Shown here: positions 50,886 to 64,000 of the stretch, piece by piece | Position numbering within the stretch: the stretch's first letter is position 1 | How the letters are laid out: every line of letters starts with the position of its first letter | Source: Octopus sinensis | Taxonomy: Eukaryota | Length of the DNA stretch: 64,000 bases | Assembly (NCBI RefSeq): GCF_006345805.1 | Contig: NC_043007.1 | Span: 18,600,001 to 18,664,000 of the forward strand | Direction of reading: 5' to 3' | Notes under the pieces: generated by a model | What the model was told of the DNA's origin: nothing | What the model saw: only the letters and a program-made list of their open reading frames with translations | Databases searched by the model: none | Position numbers and translations under genes: made by a program

Positions 50886-52786
50886 CGGTGCTCCAGCATG
50901 GCCGCAGTCAAATGACTGAAACAAGTAAAAGAGTAATATAGGATAAATTTCTTAATGTATGGGTAAATAGGTAATTGTAAATACTTTTAAACTGCTGTGA
51001 TAATTATTAACTGGTAATGGAACAGTAAATGTGTATTTTTATATATACCTTGGACCTTGCCATCTCATTGTTTTTTTTTTTCAAGAGTTTCACCTCTAGC
51101 ACTCACATATATACATTCGAGCATTTCAGTCACATATGTATATGTATGTGTAGATGTGTGTGTGTGTGTGTTTAATAACGTACGTAACATGGAAACACAC
51201 ACACACTCGCAGACACATACACACTCATACGCTCACAGTTAGATATACACTCAGATACAAAATGTGACGTCGTCGTCATGGTATAAAATGTTCCTGACAT
51301 ACACTCACATACATATACTAAGATAGCCACACAGAGACATACATTCACGCATGTCAGTTATTACATATGTGTATGCATGTGTAGATGTGTGTGTGTGTTT
51401 AATAAGGTACCTAATGCGAAAGACACTCACACTATGAGACATATACACACTCATATACTTACACACATACACTCACAGACAGATACACATCATCATCATC
51501 ATCATCGTTTAAGGTCCGTTTTCCATACTAGAATGGGTTGGACGGTTTGACTGGGGTCTGGGAAGCCAGGAGGCTGCACCAGGCTCCAGTCTGATCTGGC
51601 AGTGTTTCTATAGCTGGATGCCCTTCCTAATGCCAACCACTCCATGAGTGTAGTAGGTGCTTTTTACATGCCACCAGCACAGGGGCCAGAGGAGGCTGGC
51701 AATGGCCACAATCGGTTGGTGCCTTTTACGTGGAAAATGTGATGTCATAGTCGTTGTATAAAATGCCCTGTTGACAATAGAAAAATTATATGAAATGTTA
51801 TATTGTTTTAATGAAAAGGAAAGGAAAGGAAAGGAAAGGAAAATTTCATATTGATACTGACCAGCCCTCACATATAATGTTTAATAACGGGCCTAACACG
51901 GAAATACACACACCCTATGAGACATATATGCACTCAGGGACTCACACACATACATTCACAGACAGATACACAGTCATATACAAACTGTGACGTTGTGGTG
52001 GTAGTTAGAATTAAAAGTAAAAGTATAAGAGTGAAACAAGATATCACATTACAATAAAGATCTTATTCTTTTACTCTTTGACTTTTGACACGTAATACGG
52101 AACCAGTGCCAATGTTGCATTGCTTTAATCCCTCCCCCCCAAATTACATGTTGACACTCACAGGGTCTGATAGAATTACCATGTAAAATTTGAATTGATT
52201 TGGTTGAACTGTTTGAGAATGCATTGGGAACAGAGAAAGAAAGAGAGAGAGAGATAAAGGACATCACTCTTGTAATGCAACACTGTAATTTTAGTTCAAA
52301 TTGAAAGTGTGAAACTATTTTTCTTTCTAATGAAACCAAATCATTGTAGAGCAGTGTCTTTCAAATAACTATAGCTGGTTGTTCAGATAACATAGAACAT
52401 ATGTAAATGAAAATATAGTTTACATCCTAACTGAAAGATTACCGAATCTTTTGATATCCCATATGTCAAAATTGGCAGCTCAGTTTTCGAATGCATAAGG
52501 AATATACACGTACACACACAGCAGCTCTATTATATATATATATATATATATAATATATATATATAATTTATGAAATTTGATTTAGTATTTCTAAATTGAA
52601 TTTTTCCCTGTAAGTTAGGAATAATGTTCCCTCAAATAAATTATTGTGTGTATATATATATATGTGTGTAGAAGAGCGTAGGCTCGAAACGTAAAAGACT
52701 TTTCTATTCCTGAGTGTTATACTAATACATCTGTTTGTTTTGTACACCACCTGTCTTCGTCTTTTGTTTTTTTTGTAAACCCTCCC

Positions 52787-52817
<31 letters not shown>

Positions 52818-54041
52818 ATGTATGCATGTGTGTGTGTATGTATGCATGTTTGTGTGTGTGTATGTATGCATGTGCGTGTGTGTATGTATGTATGTTTGCA
52901 TGTATACAAATGTCTAAAATAATTTTTGTTCATTTTAATGTCTTTCAGATTGACCCCTTTGGAACCTCAATATTGCATTCTTGGGGACAAGTGAGCAGCA
53001 GTTGTTGGGCCCCATTTTCAGACAATCCAGACGAGCGTTGGGTTCTTTACACAACAAGTAGTGCATTTGGCCTCTTGGACAATTTTGCATTAATACGAAA
53101 TTTCAAGCCGCGTTACGGAGAAAATTTTTATATAGCTGATTACAATTTGGGCAAAACGTTTTCTTGGACATGTGCATGGAATCAAAATACAAAGCAGTTC
53201 AGTGTTGGAGCGGAGAAGACGGCCTATCTCCTGGATGTGGAAACCAAAAAAAAATGGGAATTAAACTCACGCATGAGTGACGTCTTATCTCAAGTATTTG
53301 CTCAGCAGGTAATTCCCATGTACAGTTATTCTTTTATTCTTTTACTTGTTTCAGTCATTGGACTGTGGTCATGCTGGAGCACTGCCTTTAGTCGAATCAA
53401 ATCGACCCAAGGACTTATTCTTTGTAAGCCTAGTACTTATTCTATCGGTCTCTTTTGCCGAACTGCTCAGTTACGGGAACCTAAACACACCAGCATCCGT
53501 TGTCAAGTGTTGGAGGAGACAAACACACATACACAACATATAGACACACATACATACATATATACGACGGGCTTCTTTCAGTTTCCGTCTACCAAATCCA
53601 GTCACAAGGCTTTGGTCGGCCTGAAGCTATAGTAGAAGACACTTGCCCAAGGTGTCACGCAGTGGGACTGAAACCGGGACCATGTGGTTGGTAAGCAAGA
53701 TACTTATCACACAGCCACTCCTACTCCTATATTAATATTCTAACATATCTAAGATGTCAAAATTGACTGTTACTTCAGTGACAGATTTTTATTTATTCCA
53801 GTTTAAATTTCAGGTATTTTGGGCAAATTTTCCTTATTCTTTTACTTGTTTCAGTCATTTGACTGTGGCCATGCTGGATCACTACCTTTAGTCGAGCAAA
53901 TCGACCCTAGGACTTATTCTTTGTAAGCCTAGTACTTATTCTTTTGGTCCCTTTTGCCGCACCACTAAGTCACAGGGACGTAAACACACCAGCACCAGTT
54001 GTCAAGTGATATGGGGGGGGGCAGACATATACACACATGTA

Positions 54042-54080
<39 letters not shown>

Positions 54081-57000
54081 GATGGGCTTCTTTCAGTTTC
54101 CATCTACCAAATCCGCTCACAAAGCTTCGGTCGGCCCGAGGTTATAGTAGAAGACACTTGCCCAAGGTGCCATGCAGTGGGACAAGACCATCCTTGTCAC
54201 ATTCTGTGTCATGTTGGATCTCCCTGAAAACTACATCAAGGGTACACATGTCTGTGGAGTACTCAGCCACCTGCATGTTAATTTCACAAGCAGGTTGTTT
54301 TTGTTCATCAGATCAACTGGAACTCTTGTCATTGAAACTGACAGAGAGCCAGTTTGATTTTTTTTTTTTTTTTTTTTGTGGAGAGAGGGTTATTGATTAA
54401 CTGGAAAATGTGTCAGTTAATTGGTGAGGAATGACGATGGTGATCCATTAAATTTATGGTTCTGCATGACAAACTGTTTCTAGAGATTATTTTGATTTAC
54501 CTGTTGGTTTACACTTTGAATTTAATGATTGCATTTATCCTTTGTCTTTTATTCCTCATCCAGACTGATTCCACCCTGGTCCACGGAACTCGTCAAGGTG
54601 ACATTTTGGTCCATGACCTCAGAATCCAGTCTTCCAAGCATGCTGCTGTGATGGAGCAACATAATCCTGTATGTTCTCTGAACTCCTTACAGAACGGTTA
54701 TCATGTGATAGCTGCTGATTTCAAAGGACAAGTAAGTCTGCTTTCACCCATATGCGTTTCAATTTACACACCACCACTACTGTAGGTTTGTATTCATAAA
54801 ACAATACTATATGATTAGATATTTTCATACATATCGCGGAGTGGTTGGCGTTAGGAAGGGCATCCAGCCGTAGAAACACTGCCAGATCAGACTGGGCCTG
54901 ATGCAGCTATCTGGTTCGCCAGCCCTCAGTCAAATCGTCCAACCCATGCTAGCATGGAAAACGGACGCTAAATGATGATGATGATGAATTAGATGGAATA
55001 AAGGATAAAGATCCTTTCTAAGTCATATAGACTCATACAGCCGGTTCCCTGTTTTCCGTGGTGCACATGTTATCCCCCTGGATGTGACACCAGTCTGTCA
55101 CAGGATTACTTTTTTACATGTTTTAGTCATTTGACTGTGGCCTTAGTTTTATCCAACACCTTCTCAATTCTTTCTTTCTCAGACTCGCATACTTCCAGAG
55201 CTTTAATCCTACTCTTGATTCTTTTTTACCATTGCTCTGCGACAAGTAAAGCCCCCCCCCCCAAAAAAAATAAAAGGAGCCTTCACATGGTTGCAGACCA
55301 TGTAAAAAATACTGGTGATGGTGTCATTTAAAAAGTACCTAGTATGCACTGTGAAGTGGTTGGCATTAGGAAGGGCATCCAGCTGTAGAAACCAAGCCAA
55401 AACAGACGATGGTACTTGGTGTAGCCCCTGGCCTTGCCAGTTCCTGTCAGGCCATCCACTCTATGCCACCAACATGGAAAACAGCTATTAAATATTGATG
55501 AGGATGATATTGATATATAATGTCTGTTTTCTATGCTGGGCATGGGTTGGATGGTTTGATAGTATCTGGTGAGCTATAGGGCTGCATTGAGTTCCAATGT
55601 CAGTTTTGGCATAGTTTTCTATGATTGGAAAACCACGATATGTAGCCTTTTAGTCTAATACACGACCAACTGAGCTACTTCAACTAGTTGTAATTCGACC
55701 CATAATTTATGGTAATGCAGGTGTGGGTGTGGCTGTGTAATGAAGTTTGCTTCCAAATTGCATGGTTTCAGGTTCAGTCCCACGGCATGTCACCTTGGGC
55801 AAGTGTCTTCTACTATAGCCCAAGGCCAACCAAAGCCTTTTGTGTGGATTTCAGAGACACAAATTGAAAGAAGCCTGTATGTGTATGTGATTGTTGTAAA
55901 TGAATTTCGTTAATTTCCAATATTCTTCAAAAACATATCTGGACACGGGGAAACATTGCCTTGCTTGGAAGCAGGTAAGGGTTGGCAACAGGAAGGGCAT
56001 CTGGCCATAGATAACTTGCCTCAATAAACTGTCTGACCCATACAAACTTGAAAAAGTGGATGTTAAAACAATGGTGTTGAAGGTAATTAAGTGGAAGAAA
56101 TTATAGATCGTCAAATTAATTGTACAACAGTATTCTTTTGGAGTTTTGGGGGAATTCAAATCTCATTGGAATATATTCTGTTTTCATCCCTCCGGATTGG
56201 GACCCCCTTCGGTAACGACACTGACCATGGGATTGCACCTAGAAAGTTACCCCCTAGTCACAAGTCTGGGCAAGGCTGTTTATGGAAGACCAGCAGTCGC
56301 CCATGCATACCAGCTTGGCACCTGTGACGTCACAACTCATTTCTACAGCTGAGTGAACTGGAGCAACGTGAAATAAAGTGTCTTGCTCAAGAACACAACA
56401 CGCAGCCTGGTCCGAGATTCGAACTCACAACCTCACGATCGTAAGCTCAACGCTTTAACCACTGAGCCATGCGCCTTCGGATACATTAAAATAAAACTCA
56501 TGGTTTTCTCTCTTTTGTAAATGTCTTTGTTTTTCTCGATTTTCTCCAGATAAAATTATGGGATTTCCGCAAGAAACGTACCCTACATGAGTACACTGGC
56601 CATGTCAATAAACACTGTCACCTTCCTGTGCATATTGATCACTCAGAACGTTTCTTATATGCAGGTAACTGTTTCTTTATATTCTTCTACTTTGTTTTTT
56701 TTTATGCTTTGTCACATTTTTGTATTTTTTTTTTTTTAAATATCTACTCTTTGAGTTAGATCGATATTCAAATTTAAAGATTTGCATGTTTTTAGAGTAG
56801 TGTACAGGGTAGGTCAACCACTGGAGCTGTTGCTGTTGTTGTTGTTTAGAGCCTTACTCCACCCCGGTCAGTCCTGATTGTACATTCCTATAATTTAAGA
56901 AGTTCAAATATTGATCATCACTGTGAGAATTTTGTTTCAGCCATTTGACTGCAACCATGCTGGAGCACCACTTTGAAAAGTTTTAGTCGAAGAAATCGAC

Positions 57001-59760
57001 CCCCAGGACTTATTTTTTAAGTTTGGTACTTATTCTATTGGTTGCTTCTGCTGAACCGCTGAGTTACAGGGATGTAAACACACCAGCACTGATTGTCAAG
57101 CGGTGATGGGGTGGGGAACAAACACAGACTCAAAGAAATGTGCACAAGGCTACTTTCACTTTCTGTCTACCAAACCCTCTCACAAGGCTTTCGTCACAAC
57201 TGAATCTGGCACCATATGATTGGGAAGCAAGTTTCTTACCACACAGCTACACCTGCTCATATATATACACACACACACACACATATATATATTTCTTTAT
57301 TGCCCTCAAGGGACTAAACATAGAGGGGACACACAAGGACAGACAAAGGGATTAAGTCGATTACATTGACCCCAGTGTGAAACTGGTACTTTATTTATCG
57401 ACCCCGAAGGGATGAAAGGCAGAGTCAACTTCGGTGGAATTTGAACTCAGAACTTAACGACAGACAAAATACCGCTAAGCATTTCGCCCGGTGCGCTAAT
57501 GATTCTGCCAGCTTGCTGCCTCCAACACACACACACATATATATTACCTCTATTGGCATCAAAAGGACTCTCTCTCAGAGTGAAAGGTAGACTGTATGGT
57601 GCTTGTGTGTGAATAGCTCTACTCCATGGTACTGAGACAAAGTGCAAATGTATTGAGAGAAAATTTGGGCATAAGAGGAGTCAAATGTAGCATGCAAGAG
57701 AGAAGAGTACGTTGGTTTGGACATGTGATGCATATGAATTGGAACAGATGCATAAATAATTGCCGGTCACTGTAAGTGGATGGTACCCACAGAAGAGGAA
57801 GACTCAGAAAGACATGGGATGAAGTAGTAAGAACTGATCTCAGGATGTTGGGCCTCATGGGGGAAATGACAAAGGACTGAGATGTCTGGCGATATGAAGT
57901 TCTTGAGAAGACCCACCCATGTCAGCGAAACTGAGTTCTAGAAGTGCTGTGTTTCCACCCAAACTTAAACAAGAAAACTTCTCACACACCCTACCACAAT
58001 AAACCAAACTAGATCTCCTGTGCTCTTGGCCCTGTCTCACTCTATCATTGCTAACCACTAGCCCCCAATCTGTGTGTTCCACCCACAGGTAACAAGAAAA
58101 CTTTTCACACACCCTACCCCAACAAACCAATCTACATCTCTACATCACTTCTCATTTCCTCCTTCATACACTATGTCTACCTCTCTCTTCCCAATCAGGT
58201 TTTCACGGCCCTTTTTCTCTGCACCACTGCTATCCGGTAGCGCCCTCCTCCACTCTATATGCCCAGGTTTTCACCACTCGCTTCCCCTCCCCTCTCTAAT
58301 CATGCTTCTTTGGCAATATCCTACCACTTATGACCCTTGAACCTCAAGGGTGTGCCCTGGCACCTGTCACCATGTATATCTCTCTCTGCCTTTACTCGAT
58401 CATCCCATTTATATTCTGACCCCTGTTCTTTGTGAGTATGCCCAGCACTGCTACCATCTCTATCCTGGTGTCTCCCACTCTCTCTCTTTTGCACTTCCCT
58501 CAGGTAACCATGTATCTCCTTTGCAGTCGCATGCCTGTTTCTGACTTCACTCCTGAGCTCTCTCTCTCTCTGGCCAGGTAACCTTGTACTTCCTCTACAA
58601 CAAGACACCTGTTTCTGTCTCACTGTAACCTTTCATCATCTGACACAAGATCGCCTCCTCCAATGCCCCCCCCCTCAAAAGATTAGTGTCTTGCTGGTTA
58701 CTTGGTGACTCTATCAGTGCAGGTACCATTTAAAAAGCATCCAGTCCACACTGTAAAGTGGTTGGGGTTTGGAAGGGCATCCAGCTGTAAAAACCTTACC
58801 AAAACTGACCTCACCTGTGCTTGTGCCACGTAAAAAGCACTAAGTCCTCTCTGCTGGGTGGTTAGTGTTAAGACGGGCATCCAGCTGTAAAAATCCTGCC
58901 AAAACAGTCATTGTTGTTAAGCAACAAGACGGGTAAGGGTGATTAGGTGATGGTCTAGGGCTTAGGGGCGGGAGACCCCAGACCTTGGGAAAAATAAAAA
59001 AACTTTGGTCGTCTTGTTGTAGTCGAGGGCTCTTCGTTGACACCCGACACCAGTGGGAGGTGGCCCTCGAAGTCGCTGGAAATGGAGATCTCCAGGTCCA
59101 AATTCTTGAAAGGCGCCAAAATAGCCAGAGAAGTCTGGTGCAGGCTTCTGCCTGACCAGCTCCTGTCAAGCTGTTCCACCCATGCCAGCATGGAAGGCAG
59201 ACGTTAAACAATGATGATTTGTGTCTCTGTGTATCTTTGTGTTGTGTTTGTTCCCCACAGTTGTTTGACAACGGACGTTGGTTTGCTTATATCCCTGTGA
59301 CCTAGCTGTTTGGCAAAAGAGACCGAAATTAAGTACCGGAGTCAGTTTATTCGACATAAAACCTTTGAAGGCAGTGCCCCAGCATGGCTCCAGTCAAATG
59401 ACTGAAACAAGTAAAAGAAAGATATATAACAGAATATTTCATTAGGAGCATAGTCATGAAAGACTTGAGAAAAAGATGTAAAAAAATTATTATTTAAAAA
59501 AAAAAATTTTCAAATAAAATCTGTAAATAATCTCATGGGATTTTATTTATATTTCAGTGGGCCAAGACTGTTACTCAAGGTTCTGGGATATGAAGACTGG
59601 TATCTTGTTAAAAAGCATACCACCACCTCATCCATGTTCTCTGGACTTTATTCCTGCCATCCATTATTCAGACCATTGGGCTGGTCTCCATGGTAATTCT
59701 GCTATGCTGATGGCAATAAAAGATGAATTTCACTTATATGCATGTGATATATCAGAGTGA
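44555..59760 (+). CDS. DCAF4: DDB1- and CUL4-associated factor 4 (WDR21)-like WD40 protein, ~596 aa. Exons 44555-45006, 47408-47900, 52949-53308, 54564-54731, 56550-56664, 59558-59760
   Basis: LAGYYYDTEQEKYFKIIPGHNN, H-box-like NITLWLEQMKVG, WTCAWN, SDVLSQVF, IKLWDFR (WDxR)..EYTGHVN..LPVHID, AVGQDCYSRFWD..LLKSIPPP. GT-AG phases join to 1791 nt. Confidence 0.93.
46654..47213 (+). mobile_element. hAT (Charlie/Buster-type) deletion derivative
   Basis: CAGTGGTTCCCAAA...TTTGGGAACCACTG, perfect TSD ctctactt; transposase tail LSRIEPDVNSIIERSKKQAHPSH. Confidence 0.9.
48138..48535 (+). mobile_element. tRNA-derived SINE family 2 (head GGCGCAGGAGTGGCTGTGTGG, internal TA/TG microsatellite). Many minus-strand copies, e.g. 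9965-10355, 24525-24899, 26833-27240, 32910-33290, 42494-42871, 53333-53728, 63550-63930
   Basis: A box TGGCTGTGTGG, B-box-like GGGTTC(A/T)GTCCC, 3' end gactgaaacaagtaaaagag. Confidence 0.88.
48556..48785. mobile_element. Mariner-type MITE
   Basis: tgaaaagttcctggct ... agccaggaactctcca inverted ends bounded by TA. Confidence 0.55.
49190..50505 (-). mobile_element. RTE LINE 3' portion with long 3'UTR
   Basis: LHGSETWALNAEDMHRLERNECSMLHWICN...ERRLHWFAHVMRM. Confidence 0.85.
52668..52786 (+). mobile_element. Penelope pLTR-like fragment with a degenerate minimal hammerhead core
   Basis: TAGAAGAGC-GTAG-GCTC-GAAAC-GT-AA shows stem II and a GAAA core, but CUGANGA is corrupted; embedded in (TA)n. 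Confidence 0.45.
57545..58900 (+). mobile_element. RTE LINE 3' portion with 3'UTR
   Basis: GLSLRVKGRLYGACV..LLHGTE...ERRVRWFGHVM...RGRLRKTWDEVVRTDL. Confidence 0.8.
58911..59114 (-). mobile_element. 5'-truncated retro-insertion with (AAC) tail and ~13-bp TSD
   Basis: Flanked by gccaaaacagtca / gccaaaatagcca; interrupts a common repeat. Confidence 0.55.
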
Positions 59761-59873
59761 TCTATATATTTTTTTATTAATTCATTTAAGACACGGAAAG
59801 AGAAAAGAAACCACGGATACTTATGGAAATAAATATTGCATTTTGTTTGGTCGTTTTATTCATTTTCTGAAAT

Positions 59874-59906
<33 letters not shown>

Positions 59907-60402
59907 ACAAACTGTCCAACCCATGCCAGCATGGAATGTTAAATGATAATGATATATATAAATACACACACATATGTACAGTCAACAGGTGAGATCCAGA
60001 GAGGATCAATATAGAGAACATGTACTGCTCAAATGATTTGAACTTATTCTCCAAAGTCTTTTTTGAGGACTAAGTTCGCTACAAGAGGAATACAGGTGAG
60101 CTGATATGAAGATAGGGATGCAAATAAACATGCTTGGGTTTGATATATAAAATATGCATACATACATATACACATGTAAATATATATAGGGGTATATATA
60201 GAGAGAAAGAACTGAAAATATTAAGAAAATGAATACTTGTGTGTAAGCATGTAGATATATATTTACAGAACAAATTTACATAGAGTACAAAAAAATCTGG
60301 ATAACTAAGTGTATTTCAGGTCCGACAGCTGTTTCTAAAGGTTCAGACTTATGTAATAGTTGCAATGTTGGTAGATTAAGTGTGCAAAAAGTTGATACGC
60401 AA

Positions 60403-60624
60403 CCAATAGTGGATGCATATGAACATTGCCATAAACCCAGCCAACGTTATCAAAGTAGAAAGATTGGCAACTAGCAGTTCAGAACATAATGCGAGAGAAT
60501 TTAAGAGTAGAATATTCTACCCTTAAATTCTGTCACGTTATAATCTGAACTGCTAGTTACTAATCTTCCTACCCAGATGATGGAGGCCGAGTTAACAGTA
60601 ATATTTATATGTGTCCACTACTGG
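60403..60624. repeat. 222-bp spacer-less imperfect palindrome
   Basis: Centre gtagaat|attctac at 60513/60514; the arms pair in register to ccaatagtgga/tccactactgg. Confidence 0.9.
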
Positions 60625-61775
60625 CAACCTGAAATTTGAATGATTTTCAAATAGAATAAGTAAAAATGTGCTATCATGCATAAAGGTTGTTGTTTTTGTT
60701 TGTTCCTTCTCGAGCCATCCTTGGCTCATAAGGGCCGGTTTCCTTGGCGTATAGGTTCCCCACCTGGACAGGACGCCAGTCCGTCGCAGGAGGAAAGATG
60801 CAGGAGGAAAGAGTGAGAGAAAGTTGTGGCAAAAGAGTCAGCAGATGTTCGCCATTACCTTCTGCCAGAGCTGCGTGGAGCTTAGGTGTTTTGCTCATAA
60901 ACACACACATTGCCTGGTCTGAGATTCGAACCCGCGATCCCTCGACCACGAGTCCGCTGCTCTAACCACTGGGCCATGTGCCTCCACATGCATGCATAAA
61001 GGTGGTAGACTTCAAACCAGTTGTTTTAATATCTGAATGTGTGAATAATGTTAGACAGCTGTAGTAAATGCAAAGATTCCTACAAAGTGAATCAGTCATG
61101 ATTGAATAGCCTCGGGATTAAAGGCTTTCCAATCATGGACATCTCTTTCCATTGGCTCAAAAAGCTACATTATCCATGTATGATGTGATATGAGGGAGAT
61201 TCAGCTACCCTTTCTAGAATGTTATGTGACCACTTAGAGGCTACCTTGTGGCTAAGGGGGACTAGCCCTTTGCTCAACTTAGAGCTCGTGGGTGTTGTGG
61301 TCAGTGGGGAACCTGGGGTGTCACAAAGCTCCTCACTAAATACAAGTCACTCTTTCTTCCCCAAAACAAACAACTCTTAGGAATTCCCTTCCTATACATC
61401 TTTCCTACAGCCATTACATGTTATTGCTCAAGAAGCACTTTAGCCACTTCAATTTCACTGGTCTTGAAGGGCTTGCAAAGGCCATCAATACTGGCCTGCT
61501 GCTTGGCTAGACTCAAAGGTACACAGCACTGATGAGATGCAGCGTGTTGAAACACTGGGGTCCCCAAATCCTCCTCACCAATGTGTCAAGTGTGTTGAAC
61601 ATACTGTTGTCATAAAAGGGTTTGTTTCCTTGATGTACATTACAAAGATTAGCATATTTTGCTTTTCAACCTGTCTGAGCATATCAAGAATAAACTCACA
61701 ATCATTCATGATCTCGCTGTACACAGTGCAAACAATGATTCTATAACCCAAAAGGAATTTTAATTTAAAACTTAA

Positions 61776-61994
61776 CCCTTTCATTACCAACCCGGCTGAA
61801 ACCGGTTCTGGCTCTGAGTACAATGTCTTGTTTTCATAAGTTTTGAATTAAAATCTTCCATCACACCTTAGTCACAATTTATGTTCCTAACACTAGCTGA
61901 ATGATAACTAAGTTATTTTACTAAATTCTTTGTTATATTTGAAGTAATTGAAAGAAACACAGAGCATCTCAAAATAAATACAGTAACGAAAGGG
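61776..61994. mobile_element. piggyBac MITE with TTAA TSD, same TIR family as 36266-37340
   Basis: TTAA-ccctttcattac...gtaacgaaaggg-TTAA. Confidence 0.85.
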
Positions 61995-62571
61995 TTAATT
62001 CCTCTCTTTTGTCATTTGACATCAGATGGACAAGTCTTGTTAAAGAAACACCACCTACAAGAATTTGCCTAATGTCAGTGGAAACATGGGTGGTGTCAAG
62101 ATGGGAGATTAACTGAGTCAAGAGTGCTTGAATGGAGTGGCATAAAGTTTGCCAGTTTTAGAGGGCAAAGACCATTGTAGTAGTGGTAGAAAAGTCTAAG
62201 ATAAGATACAGCAAATCTGTGAGAAGGATAATTGTGTTGAGGTAAGTGACCTCATGTTAATAGTTGGGCAACCTTTCTTTGGATGTAATCTTGGATGTTT
62301 GTGTGTAAAGCAGAAGCATCTTTGTAGATGTCAAAGCAGTATTCCATTATGAATCTCACCCTAGCTTTCTTCGTCATCATCATTCAATGTCTATTTTTCT
62401 ATGCTTGTAAGCATCAGACAGAATTTGTTAAGACAAATTTTCTGCAGCTGGTTGGATGCCCTTCCTGTCACCAACCCTCGCCTGTTTTCAAACATGGTAT
62501 TATTTTTTCCATTGCTAGATATATTTTTCATGAAACAACATTGCTTGTATAGCAATGATGCTCATAGTCAA

Positions 62572-63178
62572 AGGCATCGAGCTGGCAGAATTGTTAGTGC
62601 GCCGGGCGAAATGCTTAGTGGTATTTTGTCCGCCGTTACATTCTGAGTTCAAATTCCGCCAAGGTCAACTTTGCCTTTCATCCTTTCAGGGTCGATAAAT
62701 TAAGTACTAGTTATGCACTGGGGTCGATGTAATCGACTTAATTGCTTTGTCTGTCCTTGTTTGTCCCCTCTATGTTTAGCCCCTTATGGGCAGTAAAGAA
62801 ATAAGAAACGTTAGCACACTGGGCGAAATGCTTAGCAGTATTTTGTCTGCCGCTACATTCTGAGTTCAAATTCCGCTGAGGTTGACTTTGCCTTTCATCC
62901 TTTCGGGGTCAATTATATAAGTACCAGTTATGCACTGGGGTCGATATAATCAACTTAATCCGTTTTCCTCTCTGTGTGTAGTCCCTTGTGGATAGTAAAG
63001 AAATAGGTATTTCGTCTGCCATTACGTTCTGAGTTTAAATTCCACCAAAGTCAGCTTTGCCTTTCATCATTTTGGGGTCGATAAATTAAGTACCAGTTAT
63101 GCACTACGGTCAATGTAATCGACTTAATCCCTTTGTCTCTCCTTGTTTAGCCCCTTGTGGGCAATAAAGAAATAAGAA
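62572..63178 (+). mobile_element. Head-to-tail trimer of family-1 SINE
   Basis: Three consecutive bodies, each ending gcccctt(g/a)tggg.a.taaagaaata, with progressively truncated heads. Confidence 0.85.
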
Positions 63179-64000
63179 ATGATCCTCACAGCCATCACAT
63201 GATGTCTAGCCAATGGTAAACACACACATAAATATACATATATGTAATAGGCATCTTTCAGTTTCTTTGTACCAAGGCTTTGGTTGACTCAAGACTATAG
63301 CAGAAGACATCAAAAGCCATGCTTGTGTCTATGCTTTGTAGAGAATTAATAGTTGTTAGCCACAGAAGCATTTTCTGTGATGCAGTTGAGGATACATGCT
63401 GAACAGATGTCCCCCCACCCCACCCGTGAGGGTTCAGTCTAACTCAAAAGAGCCTTAATAGATTCAGAGGCATTCAGTTAAATGTAATGACTTTTTATAT
63501 CTGAAAGAGCCCATCCAATCAAAAGAGAGTTCAATAATTTAAAAAGAACTCTCTTTTACTTGTTTCAGTTATTTGACTGTGGTCATGCTGGAGCACCGCC
63601 TTTAGTCGAGCAAATGGACCCCAAGACTTATTCTTTGTAAGACTAGTACTTATCCTATCAGTCTCTTTTGCCAAACCACTAAGTTACAAGGACGTAAACA
63701 CACCAGCATTGGTTGTCAAGCGATGTTGGGGAGGGGGGGACAAACATATACACACACATACAGATATATGATGGGCTTCTTTCAGTTTCCGTCTACCAAA
63801 TGCACTCACAAGGCTTTGGTCGGCCCGAGGCTATTGTAAAAGACACTTGCCCAAGGTGCCACGCAGTAGGACTGAACCTGGAACCATATGGTTCGTTAGC
63901 AAGCTACTTACCACACAGCCACTCTTACTCTGTGGATTAAAAAAATCACAGATAATGTTTGACTGCTGGAAATATATTTCAAAATTTTTAATGCCAAGTT

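Overview
AT-rich, intron-rich animal genomic DNA. The tRNA-headed SINEs, RTE/CR1/Penelope/CRE relics and AT/CA microsatellites look like an octopus genome (inference). Three protein-coding loci can be built from splice signals. (1) DCAF4/WDR21 (+, 6 coding exons, 44555-59760). (2) RRP15 (-, 5 coding exons, 41856-33386), head-to-head with DCAF4 across a ~400-bp promoter. (3) An unidentified gene (-) with a very acidic N-terminus made of symmetric phase 1-1 exons and microexons, behind an ETS + RFX X-box promoter, apparently running off the left edge. About half of the window is a diverged ~17-kb tandem duplication (unit A ~4.9-22.6 kb, unit B ~23.0-39.6 kb). It gives a second, frame-intact set of the last three RRP15 exons and a second promoter plus 5' half of the acidic gene, which now points into those orphan RRP15 exons. 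The junction lies inside an old hAT element whose two ends, with a matching 8-bp TSD, are now 18.7 kb apart. Also present: a U6 pseudogene, piggyBac/hAT/Tc1/Helitron non-autonomous elements and a 222-bp palindrome 3' of DCAF4. Gene models were built by eye; no expression or database evidence was available.
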